Source of the DNA: a virus
Lineage: Duplodnaviria; Caudoviricetes
DNA length: 25,644 nucleotides
Virus record (IMG/VR): IMGVR_UViG_3300011443_000050
Span: 1 to 25,644 of that record
Direction: 5' to 3' (one strand)
The notes under the pieces were generated by a model. The model was not told the DNA's origin and did no database searches. It saw nothing but the letters and a program-made list of their open reading frames with translations. A program made the position numbers and the translations under genes. How positions within the stretch are numbered: position 1 is the stretch's first letter; every line of letters starts with the position of its first letter. Shown here piece by piece: positions 1 through 7,838 of this stretch.

Positions 1-1302
1 CTGATTGGAGCCGTTGAAGATCGGGCGGCACATCGTCCAGTGCTTCTGCAACGCGGGCGTGCCGAAGAAGCTATAGGCTTGCAGGCACTTGGCGCCGATC
101 GCGAACCCGCTGCCGTCCACGCGCGCGTCATCGACCTCGCCGGTCCACCCCTGCCCGACGTAGCCATTCGCGCCGTAGTAGAACTCCTCGTTGAACTTCT
201 CCATGCACAGCCCGAGGTAGCCGTAGAACTGCGTCCACGCCATCGTGACCGTGTTCATCACATACTGGCGCGGCGCCGAAGGCTCCGGCACGTTGACGAA
301 CAGCATCCCGTGCCGCTCCATCAACTGCATCTCCCAGCCGAAGATTTCCTTCAGCCGCGAGGTGTCGTCGCCCATCCGCTGCTGGATGATGTTGGATAGC
401 GGCTCACCGAGGATAGCCTTGGACTGCCCCAAGATCGCCGTAAGGGGAAGTACCCCATCCTCGCAAATGATGAGAACGTCCGATCCAAACTTGATCGCAC
501 AGCGTTGTCCGATAGGAGCGCCGCAACGGTAGACGCCAACGAGTTGCCAGTTGGCGAGGTCGTCGGGGTCATACCCTTGATAAACGACGACATCTCCGAG
601 CGACGAGATGAAGATCGTTTGGTCCCGCATCCCGGTACCAGAGTCAACCGACCATGTGATGATTTCACGCAGGCTCCCCCCTTGCCGGAAGATTTCGCTC
701 ACCCCGAAGCGCGTCAGCACGCCTTCGATGGCGTCCACGTCCAGATACCACGCGTTGCCGGAGTTCTTCTCGACGTACCACAGGCGGCGGTGCGACAGCG
801 TGACGCTGATGAGATTGCGGATGTCCAGCGTTTCGCCCGCTTCCGGCGTCATCGTCTGATTCGTCCACAGCGTCCCGTTGTACTTCTGCGGCAAGTCGAA
901 CCCGTTCACCATCGACAGGAAGCTGCCGAACTGGTTGTTCATCATCTGGTGCTGCCAGCGGTTGTTGATGAACCCGGTGAGGATCGGCGCACCGACGGCA
1001 GCGTTGGCCGACACGTTGTAGAGTTTCGCCTGCGACACCGCGAACAGTTGCTGGTTGCCGACCACGGGCGCGTAGACGAACAGCGACTCCACTTGGGCCG
1101 GAAGCCCAGTGGCGTGCTTCTTCCAGCCCTTGCGTACCCGCACCCCGTACTGCTGCGGGTAGAAGTTGATCATCTCGATCGCTTGGATCGGGGGCATCTC
1201 CGCCAGCGAGTTGAGCGCGTTCAGCCCGCCGACGGGCGCGGGCATGCTCGCCTGCGTGCTGACACGCTGGACGCGCTTGGCGAGGTTGGACTGCCGGGTC
1301 AT
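1..1302 (-). CDS. Tail/head-closure protein (packaged-DNA stabilisation or tail tubular B-like), 3' end outside the window
   Basis: Absent from the ORF track because it has no stop in the window. ATG at 1302 gives MTRQSNLAKR...PAPVGGLNALNSLAEM...NFYP, and the same frame ends ...QAYSFFGTPALQKHWTMCRPIF at the window edge. These motifs and the position after the adaptor gene fit podovirus tail hub proteins. Confidence 0.7.
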   Translation of the reverse strand, partial: MTRQSNLAKRVQRVSTQASMPAPVGGLNALNSLAEMPPIQAIEMINFYPQQYGVRVRKGWKKHATGLPAQVESLFVYAPVVGNQQLFAVSQAKLYNVSANAAVGAPILTGFINNRWQHQMMNNQFGSFLSMVNGFDLPQKYNGTLWTNQTMTPEAGETLDIRNLISVTLSHRRLWYVEKNSGNAWYLDVDAIEGVLTRFGVSEIFRQGGSLREIITWSVDSGTGMRDQTIFISSLGDVVVYQGYDPDDLANWQLVGVYRCGAPIGQRCAIKFGSDVLIICEDGVLPLTAILGQSKAILGEPLSNIIQQRMGDDTSRLKEIFGWEMQLMERHGMLFVNVPEPSAPRQYVMNTVTMAWTQFYGYLGLCMEKFNEEFYYGANGYVGQGWTGEVDDARVDGSGFAIGAKCLQAYSFFGTPALQKHWTMCRPIFNGSNQ

Positions 1303-1303
1303 G

Positions 1304-1639
1304 TCAACCCCAACGGAACTCGCCCTTGTGGCCGACGTAGAACGGCGTGAAGTGGCGACCCTTCTTGATGCAGTCCTGCGTGTTGTCGCTCTTGGTGCCG
1401 AGGAACAGGTGGTCAGGGTTCACGCAGGACGGGTTGTCGCAACGGTGCAGCACGCACATGCCCTCCGGCACCGGGCCGACGAAACACTCGTACGACGCGC
1501 GGTGCGCGAGCATCCAGCCTTCGCCGCGCGAGCCGACACCGATCTTCCCGTAGCCCTTCGGCAGACGCGCACCCGCGAATATCCAGCACCCGCTGCGGTG
1601 GTACAGAATCTTTGCCTTCAGTCGTTTCAGCAATGTCAT
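1304..1639 (-). CDS. HNH homing endonuclease (HNH_3 type)
   Basis: CWIF..G, GYG, AHRASY, VLHRCDNPSCVNPDHLFLGTKSDN motifs; 4-nt overlap with the upstream gene. Confidence 0.92.
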   Translation of the reverse strand: MTLLKRLKAKILYHRSGCWIFAGARLPKGYGKIGVGSRGEGWMLAHRASYECFVGPVPEGMCVLHRCDNPSCVNPDHLFLGTKSDNTQDCIKKGRHFTPFYVGHKGEFRWG

Positions 1640-2370
1640 GTTGGCCCCGGAAAATTCCCATCTTGTAAGTTATAGACTGAGATCAGCGGGTACTGCACGC
1701 TGCGCGCGAGCGACAGGATCGGCGCACCGCCGTCCTGCGCCATTGCGTCGTCGATGTTGTTCTGGAAGTCCGACGCGAACGCCGACGTGTCGAAGCCCTT
1801 GGCTTGGTAGTAGCGCAGCTTCACGCCGCTGATCATCAGCCGATCGTCGAACACGCAGGTGTCGTCGTCGCGATCCGCCTTCTGCTTCGGCTGGCCGTCC
1901 GCTGTCTCCACCCACCAGCGGCTGATGTACATGTAGGAGATGGTCACCGGCGTCGGCACCGTGTCGCTGCCCGGCACCGGCCAGATTTCCATGTTGTTGC
2001 CCTTCAGCAGGAAGCGTTCGCGCGGCCCCGTGGACAGGATGCCGCTCTTCAGCCACTGCCACTGCTGCGGAGTCTCCGGCCCGATCATCGGCCAGCGGTT
2101 GGTCTTGTCCCACTCCGTCTGCGAGATCGGGCGCGCGAAGTCCGGCGGCAGCGGGTACTCCGCCTGCCCCGAGATCGCGTCGAACGAATGCTCGCGCCAC
2201 AGTAGGCGCCACACCCGGCGCTTGACCAGCATCTCGCCGGTCATGTTGTACAGCGAGAGCAGTTGCTTCGGAATCTGCTGGATGTTGCCCGCAGCGGAAC
2301 CGAACTCCGGCAACGCCATTTCCGACGCGGCAGATTGCAGCACTGACAGAGTGGTTCCGTTGGTGGGCAT
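1636..2370 (-). CDS. Head-tail adaptor / tail tubular protein A-like
   Basis: 244 aa with YPLPPDF, WD...WP..GP..PQQWQWLKS, IWPVP and DDRLMISG motifs; lies directly before the tail hub gene. Confidence 0.7.
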   Translation of the reverse strand: MPTNGTTLSVLQSAASEMALPEFGSAAGNIQQIPKQLLSLYNMTGEMLVKRRVWRLLWREHSFDAISGQAEYPLPPDFARPISQTEWDKTNRWPMIGPETPQQWQWLKSGILSTGPRERFLLKGNNMEIWPVPGSDTVPTPVTISYMYISRWWVETADGQPKQKADRDDDTCVFDDRLMISGVKLRYYQAKGFDTSAFASDFQNNIDDAMAQDGGAPILSLARSVQYPLISVYNLQDGNFPGPT

Positions 2371-2373
2371 CGC

Positions 2374-2952
2374 TTACCCCTTGCTGATTTTCTGCCCGGC
2401 GTTCATCTGGTCGAACTTGGCACTCAGACGCGCAAGCTCCGCCTGCGTCGCCGCCAGTTGGTTCTTGAGTTCCTCGTTCTGCGCCGACACCTTGTCAACG
2501 AACGCACTGTCCTTGGCAGCGGCCAGATATGCCTCCGCCTTGCGCTTGAGGTCTTGGAAGCCCATGAGCTTCGCGCCGTAGACATCGGGCAGTGTCGCCA
2601 GTTGCTCCACCGTGTAGACGTTGAGATGGTTCATCTCCTCGACCTGCGCGCGCGACACGCCGGGCCACTCGCGCAGCGGGAAGCCACTGATCGCCTGCGA
2701 CTCGTTCTGCTGGAACAGCGCCCACTGCCGCGCGAACCGCTGCTGGTACTGCGGCGACGCGAGGGTGTCGATGGTGGAGTTGCGATCGCCCGGCACCATG
2801 ATCTTGATGAACGGGCGCGAGTCGTACACCGGGTGACCTTCCTCCCGCGACTTGTCCTCGTTCTTCATGCTGCCCATGTAGAACTGGACGAACAGCTTCT
2901 CGTCTTCCGGGTCTTGTCGCGGTGCATCCATCACGGTGGGTGTCATCTGCAT
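2374..2952 (-). CDS. Conserved phage hypothetical protein (TVEQLA motif, C-terminal coiled coil)
   Basis: 192-aa ORF with GC-rich third positions, tightly packed in the structural operon. Confidence 0.75.
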   Translation of the reverse strand: MQMTPTVMDAPRQDPEDEKLFVQFYMGSMKNEDKSREEGHPVYDSRPFIKIMVPGDRNSTIDTLASPQYQQRFARQWALFQQNESQAISGFPLREWPGVSRAQVEEMNHLNVYTVEQLATLPDVYGAKLMGFQDLKRKAEAYLAAAKDSAFVDKVSAQNEELKNQLAATQAELARLSAKFDQMNAGQKISKG

Positions 2953-2964
2953 TAGCGGCCTCTC

Positions 2965-3786
2965 TTAGATCAAGTTGACGCACAGGCGACCGTCTGCTGC
3001 GATCGGCCAACCGTGCAGGTGTACGACGGGTGCTGCACCAACTCCCACCATCAGCGCACCGTCGATGGTGAAGGAGAGTCCGTTGTAATACGCGGCGCGC
3101 GTGCCCGCTTGGTCGATCATCACTTGCCCGCTGGCGGTAACCGGGAACCCGTGTGGGTCTGCCGCCGGGCCACTGAAGCGGCATGACAGGTCGGCGTAGT
3201 AGGTCTGCGCTGCCTGCACGGTGACCGGGTAGCCGCCGGTTGCGATCAGAACGTAGTTGGCGTTGAGGTACGTCGCGTGCGCGGCGTTGACCACCGGGCA
3301 GGAAATCATCACGCCCGCGTGGGTGTTGGTTTCCTCGTACGCAATGGTGAGCCGCTGCGTCGCAACGAACGGAATCGGGGAGGCGAAGTTGATGTTCACC
3401 CAACCCACTTGGTTGCTAGTCTCGACCGACGCCAAGCTGGTAGAGAGCAGCGCCTGTGTAGTGCCGTCGAACAGGTACATCACCCGCGACAGGATCGGTG
3501 ACGTGCTGATGCGCCAGAACCGGCACGCCACCACTTCACCGGCCACCGTCATGCGATAGGTCATGCCGATGCGGTACCCGGCGGCGAACCCGCCGGGCGG
3601 CGTCGCAGCGGCGTTGATGAATTCCGGTGCGAGGAGTCCCGAGCCGCTCGACGATACGCGGATCGCTTGCGTGATGCTGTCGTAGCGCAGGCCACCGAGA
3701 TAGTCATCGGTGCCCGCGACGGCAGCAGTGGTCATCTGCACCCGCCCGTCAGCCACCGACACCTGCGCTCCGTTGATGAATGGCAT
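2965..3786 (-). CDS. Putative virion protein with a central DUF4082-like beta-sandwich domain
   Basis: GAGGG RBS. The central region (IGMTY...GEVVACRFWR...LFD...GWVNINFASPI...YYAD) matches the DUF4082 pattern and is flanked by short Gly-rich repeats. Confidence 0.6.
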   Translation of the reverse strand: MPFINGAQVSVADGRVQMTTAAVAGTDDYLGGLRYDSITQAIRVSSSGSGLLAPEFINAAATPPGGFAAGYRIGMTYRMTVAGEVVACRFWRISTSPILSRVMYLFDGTTQALLSTSLASVETSNQVGWVNINFASPIPFVATQRLTIAYEETNTHAGVMISCPVVNAAHATYLNANYVLIATGGYPVTVQAAQTYYADLSCRFSGPAADPHGFPVTASGQVMIDQAGTRAAYYNGLSFTIDGALMVGVGAAPVVHLHGWPIAADGRLCVNLI

Positions 3787-3800
3787 TCGTCCCTCTATGG

Positions 3801-3831
3801 AAAAAGGGCGCAGCGCGTTGACGCTGCGCCC
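3801..3831 (-). terminator. Rho-independent terminator after the capsid/decoration genes
   Basis: Minus strand reads GGGCGCAGCG-TCAACG-CGCTGCGCCC-TTTTT: a 10-bp stem plus a U-tract. Confidence 0.85.
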
Positions 3832-3852
3832 CCAACGCCGACAGGATGGCGT

Positions 3853-4200
3853 TTAAGGCGTAGTGACCGGCTGCACGGTGAGGAACGCGTAGTCACCCGT
3901 CACCAGCGCCTGCCCGGTGTTGTTGGTGAGTGTGTTCCCCGCCGCTGCCGCGACGGTGACGCCTGCCGTGATACCGGCGGTTGCGCCCGCAGCGATGCCG
4001 GTGGCACCGACGCGGGCGAAGATCGCCATGATGCGACCCGTCGAAACGGCGGGGGCACCGAGCCAACCGTCGGTGGTGACGGCGGTGCCGAGCGCGAACG
4101 GCGCTTGCGCGTCAGCCGCTTGGGGCGGAACCGTAACACCGCCCGGCGGCTTCCACACTTGCGTGAGGGAAGCGCCGATCAATGAAGAAACGATGCTCAT
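3853..4200 (-). CDS. Putative capsid decoration/cement protein
   Basis: 115-aa Ala/Gly/Thr-rich protein with PFALGT and GDYAF motifs; AGGAG RBS; first non-HNH gene after the capsid gene, followed by a terminator. Confidence 0.55.
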   Translation of the reverse strand: MSIVSSLIGASLTQVWKPPGGVTVPPQAADAQAPFALGTAVTTDGWLGAPAVSTGRIMAIFARVGATGIAAGATAGITAGVTVAAAAGNTLTNNTGQALVTGDYAFLTVQPVTTP

Positions 4201-4209
4201 GTTGTTCTC

Positions 4210-4965
4210 CTACTTGCTAATGCGATTATGCGCGTGAAGCGCAGTCAGGCGCGCGCTCTGGATGTCACGCTTGTGGCACCCGCACGACACCGTGTTGACC
4301 TTACCTGCACCCGGCAGCAGATTGCTGCGCCGGTACGTCCGTTCATTGCCGCAGTCGCAGCGGCACTTCCATAGCGTGACGCGGTTCGACGCCACACCTG
4401 CAAATTCAATCACCGTGAGGCGACCAATGCGCCGCCCCAGCATTGCGGACTTGTCTACGAACACGCCATCTGGCGACGGTGCCTTGCCCAGCTTGCCCGG
4501 CGTCGTTGCCATCGCGGTATCGCGCAGCGGTGTGGTCAGCGTCTGCTCATGCGACCAGCCCAAGCGCAGCCGCCGGAACAGCAGCCCCTCCTGCACTTCC
4601 AATTCCCGTGCCCACTCCGCTACCGTCTGCGTCTTGCCGTTGTGCGTCATCTTCACGCACGAACGGCGGTTCTGCATCTGCGTGTAGCTGTTGGCCCAGC
4701 GGCAGTTGCCCGGCTCGTAGTTGCCGTCGTTGTTGATGCGGTCAATCGAATGGTGCAGCGGCGGCTCGCCCATGTCTGCGAGGAAATTCTCAAAGCGCAG
4801 CCAGCGCGTGCATACCGTGATGCCACGCCCGCCGTAGTCATTGAACGCGTCATCGTTGGAATTGAAGCAGCGCCCCTTCAGTGACTGCCAAGAAGCGTAC
4901 GCCCGGCGCAACCCCACGGAAGCCCCATAGCTGTTCGCGCCGTGTGTCTGTGTCGTCTTACCCAT
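4210..4965 (-). CDS. Free-standing HNH-type homing endonuclease (YGGRGI/IDRINN family)
   Basis: THG..Y..W..LKGRC, YGGRGITVCTRW, DMG, IDRINNDGNYEPGNCRWA, an HTH-like segment, and a C-terminal CRCDCG/SCGC module. Start placed at ATG 4965 after a GGAG RBS. Confidence 0.88.
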   Translation of the reverse strand: MGKTTQTHGANSYGASVGLRRAYASWQSLKGRCFNSNDDAFNDYGGRGITVCTRWLRFENFLADMGEPPLHHSIDRINNDGNYEPGNCRWANSYTQMQNRRSCVKMTHNGKTQTVAEWARELEVQEGLLFRRLRLGWSHEQTLTTPLRDTAMATTPGKLGKAPSPDGVFVDKSAMLGRRIGRLTVIEFAGVASNRVTLWKCRCDCGNERTYRRSNLLPGAGKVNTVSCGCHKRDIQSARLTALHAHNRISK

Positions 4966-4992
4966 CGCGTTCTCCGTTGTAAAGGAGAAAGG

Positions 4993-5021
4993 ATGGTACA
5001 CCCTGCCGCAAGCTTTTTCAA
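4993..5021 (-). promoter_or_regulatory. Sigma70-like promoter for the HNH gene
   Basis: Minus strand TTGAAA-N17-TACCAT, about 28 nt upstream of ATG 4965. Confidence 0.55.
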
Positions 5022-5077
5022 GGCCAGAATTGACTTTCGTCAGGGTGTACATCTGTATCCTAGTGCCTAGTTCGTCG

Positions 5078-5090
5078 TAAGTGGTTGATA
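5078..5090 (-). promoter_or_regulatory. IHF-binding consensus site
   Basis: Minus strand TATCAACCACTTA matches WATCAANNNNTTR in an AT-rich intergenic stretch. Confidence 0.45.
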
Positions 5091-5094
5091 TTAC

Positions 5095-6069
5095 TCACGC
5101 ATCTGCGATGACGCCCTGAAACTGTCGGCCACTGACCGTGAGATTTCCCGCCCAAGCGAGGAGTTGGACAACGGCATCTTGGTTGACACTGTATCTCTTT
5201 GAAGGGTCGAGCGGAACGAAGTTGCGCTGCTTGTGCGGACGCAGGAACAGGTACTTGGTGTTGAGGAAGTACGCGACGTTGACCGGCGCAAAGCCGCCGA
5301 TGCCACCGTCGAGGACGACATCCGACTGCATGTACTGCACCGACGGGAAGCCCAGCTTCGCCATCGCGGAATCTTGGAAGCGTTGCAGCGTTTGCAGCGA
5401 CGCCATGTACAGCGCCCAGTAGCCGTTGTCCACCATGATGAGGTCAACGTGATCGGCGCCGCGCGACGTTTGCGCGTACATGGAGTTGAACTTCTGCTGG
5501 ATGTTGGCTGCGGTGGCCGCACCGCCGACGCCGACGGCGGCCTTGTTCTGCCAGAACGTCCACACCGATTGGTCGATGCCACCGTAGACCGCCGCTGCGG
5601 TCGGGGTCTTGCTGACCGCGATGGCGAGGCCACCGATCTGCTTGCCGCCCGCCGCCGTGCCGTCGCTGTACAGACCGGCAGCGATCAGGTTCGCCATCGT
5701 CGCTTCACCGACCTTGATGCGCGCTTCCATCAAGTCGATGATCTGTTCCTTCGATGCGTTTTGCAGCATCTCCAGACCCGACATGGTGATGCCGCAGGCG
5801 GCTTGCTTGATGTCGTACTGGGCCGCGCTGATGACATCCTGCGCGCCGATCGGCAGCGCCTGATAGCCGGAGTACCACCCGGCGTTGCCGTTCTCTTGGA
5901 ACGACAGTTCTTGCAGGATGACGTTGCCGCCGCTGAAGGTCTTGATGTTGCCGCGACCGTTCAGCTTGGTGAGGATGGCGTTGTTCTTGGTGACGTTGTC
6001 CGCCACCACGCCGGTACGGGATTGGATGGTCGTTGCGACGACATCCGAGATTGCGCTATTTGCGAACAT
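5095..6069 (-). CDS. Major capsid protein
   Basis: 324 aa with ATTIQSR..VADNVTKNNA, SGG..I.QEL, YSGY, ITMSGLE.LQN, YSDGT and NQDA motifs; AGGAGG RBS; follows the scaffold gene. Confidence 0.9.
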   Translation of the reverse strand: MFANSAISDVVATTIQSRTGVVADNVTKNNAILTKLNGRGNIKTFSGGNVILQELSFQENGNAGWYSGYQALPIGAQDVISAAQYDIKQAACGITMSGLEMLQNASKEQIIDLMEARIKVGEATMANLIAAGLYSDGTAAGGKQIGGLAIAVSKTPTAAAVYGGIDQSVWTFWQNKAAVGVGGAATAANIQQKFNSMYAQTSRGADHVDLIMVDNGYWALYMASLQTLQRFQDSAMAKLGFPSVQYMQSDVVLDGGIGGFAPVNVAYFLNTKYLFLRPHKQRNFVPLDPSKRYSVNQDAVVQLLAWAGNLTVSGRQFQGVIADA

Positions 6070-6088
6070 GACGAGCCTCCTAACTGTT

Positions 6089-6200
6089 GGATGGTTGCTA
6101 CCCCGCCCGTTCGCTGGGTCATCCGACTGCTAGGACACGGCTGGCTTACTCGCGTAAGTGTCTGTCCGATGGGCTGTCGGCATGTTCCTACCGACAGCCC
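6089..6200 (-). other. Structured leader upstream of the capsid gene
   Basis: Stem GGGCTGTCGG/CCGACAGCCC (6171-6200); nested GGACA..CTTAC-GCGA-GTAAG..TGTCC with a GNRA loop (6133-6167); GGATG/CATCC pair (6089-6124). Confidence 0.5.
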
Positions 6201-6214
6201 AAGCCTGTCAACCC

Positions 6215-7210
6215 CTACATGCCGTTTAGTTGCGCCTCAATGGTGGCGCGCAGATCGGAGTCCTTGACCTTGTCTCCGGCCCGACTGACGGAGCCGCCAC
6301 CGGGGGCGCCGGACACCGACAGGTTGGCGCCGGCCGCGGATCGCTGCGCGGCCTGCTGCCGCTGCGCCGCGGCCCGGTTGAACAACTCGTTACGCACCTC
6401 CGGCACCATCCCCAGCGCCATGTTGTAAGCGGTCCCGAGATCGTTGGCGAGGCCATTGCCGATAATCCCGGCCATGACGTGACGGACCTGCGGGAAGAAC
6501 TCGTTGTTGGGGTCGTTGGCGAAGGCGTGATACGCATTCGACACCTCCCACTCGGTGCGCTGGTTCTCATGCACACCCTGCTGCAACCGCTCGACGTTCA
6601 TCGCCGTCAGTTGCGCTTCGGTGGTGGCCTGATCCGGGTTGTACCCGTTGGACATGTCCACGCCGTACTGCTGCGCCAATCCGTACAGGATCGCCTTCTT
6701 GTACTCCATGCCGCCCGCGCGCAGCGCGTACGCCGTCTGCAGCAGCGTACGAATGGCTTGGACCGGCGACGCCCGCTCCTGCTCAAGGATGTCGGCGTAC
6801 GGCATGAACTCGTTGATGACCGCCGCCGCGGCGTTGGCGCGCTCGCTGACCTGCCGGAACCCGGCCTGCAACTCGTTGTCGCGCTGGTGCAGGTAGCCCC
6901 TGAGTTCGCTGGGCACCTTGCTCCACCCGGCCTTGGCTTCCTCGGTCCACGACGCGGGGGCCTGCTGCGTGGGGTCAGCGGCCCCCGCCGTCGGGACGCC
7001 CGGCGCCGTCGTCGTGGTCGGTGCTGGGGTTACGGCGGGGGCGCTTTCCCCTGCAGGCTTGAAGCGACCGAAGGCGTCGCGCTGGCGCTCACCCTCCTGC
7101 GCCGGGGAGTCAGCCTCCGGCGCGGCTTCGTCGAGCGCACTCTCAATCGTACCCGACAGGTCATCGGGTACGACGTTCTCTTGGGCGGTCAGGTCATCGG
7201 GTTCAGCCAT
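6215..7210 (-). CDS. Capsid scaffolding protein
   Basis: Acidic, low-complexity N-terminus with RDAFGRF and APASW..EAK..W motifs, helical body, basic/acidic C-terminal tip; immediately upstream of the capsid gene. Confidence 0.8.
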   Translation of the reverse strand: MAEPDDLTAQENVVPDDLSGTIESALDEAAPEADSPAQEGERQRDAFGRFKPAGESAPAVTPAPTTTTAPGVPTAGAADPTQQAPASWTEEAKAGWSKVPSELRGYLHQRDNELQAGFRQVSERANAAAAVINEFMPYADILEQERASPVQAIRTLLQTAYALRAGGMEYKKAILYGLAQQYGVDMSNGYNPDQATTEAQLTAMNVERLQQGVHENQRTEWEVSNAYHAFANDPNNEFFPQVRHVMAGIIGNGLANDLGTAYNMALGMVPEVRNELFNRAAAQRQQAAQRSAAGANLSVSGAPGGGSVSRAGDKVKDSDLRATIEAQLNGM

Positions 7211-7502
7211 GTCGTTTCCTCATTGCTTTATCGACCCGCTCCCATAATTGTTCGCGCAGCGCGCGGTCGTCGTGCGATTGTGCGTACCGATCACTCTCAC
7301 CCTTGTTGGTGGGGTCGTAGTGAACGAGGTTGTGCCGTTCCATGTAGTCGCGCATGTGCGCGCGGGACCGGATCACGGTCCCGTCACGCGGCGAGATGAA
7401 CGGTTCGATCTCACCCTGCACGCTGTGCAGGCGATCGTCGTCGGATCGGATGACTTCCACCATCCGATCCAACTCCTTGCTGTAGCGGAAGGTGCGCCTC
7501 AT
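7203..7502 (-). CDS. Conserved phage hypothetical protein (SP.DG..I.SR motif)
   Basis: ATG 7502 overlaps the upstream stop (ATGA). The motif is typical of small genes between portal and scaffold. Confidence 0.7.
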   Translation of the reverse strand: MRRTFRYSKELDRMVEVIRSDDDRLHSVQGEIEPFISPRDGTVIRSRAHMRDYMERHNLVHYDPTNKGESDRYAQSHDDRALREQLWERVDKAMRKRHG

Positions 7503-7834
7503 TCCTTCCAATCATTGTCCTTGTCGTGCTTCTTCTTGCTCTTCGGCTCCGGCTCTTCAGCCTTCGGCTCCGCCGTCGGCGCTTCCGGCCCACCTGTCTC
7601 CGCCTTCGGCGCGTAGTCGGAAGTGAACAGGTCGATGCGCGCGGCGAGGATGCGCGCGTACTCCTCCATCGCCACCTTCTGGTCCTCCAGCAGGTCGCAG
7701 TAGTTGCTGGGCAACTGCTGGAAGGTGGCCGAGCCGATGAAGTTGACGAGCTTGTCCAGCTTCTCGTCCAAGTCCTTCTTCTCCGCCAGCAGGCGTTCTT
7801 GGTACTGCTCGTACTGCACCGTTTCCTTGGTCAC
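7499..7834 (-). CDS. crAss001_48-like small coiled-coil protein
   Basis: YQERLLAEKKDLDEKLDKL..FI..F..L...LL..Q..AM..Y..IL..RI pattern; AAGGAG RBS and GTG start. Confidence 0.7.
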   Translation of the reverse strand: MTKETVQYEQYQERLLAEKKDLDEKLDKLVNFIGSATFQQLPSNYCDLLEDQKVAMEEYARILAARIDLFTSDYAPKAETGGPEAPTAEPKAEEPEPKSKKKHDKDNDWKE

Positions 7835-7838
7835 GACG

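Noticed and set aside
4966-5094. Group I intron around the HNH gene
   Set aside because: The flanking genes look complete with their own stop, RBS and start, and the non-coding flanks are too short for a ribozyme core.
6180-6211. TTGACA on the minus strand as a capsid promoter
   Set aside because: There is no convincing -10 hexamer at 16-18 nt spacing.
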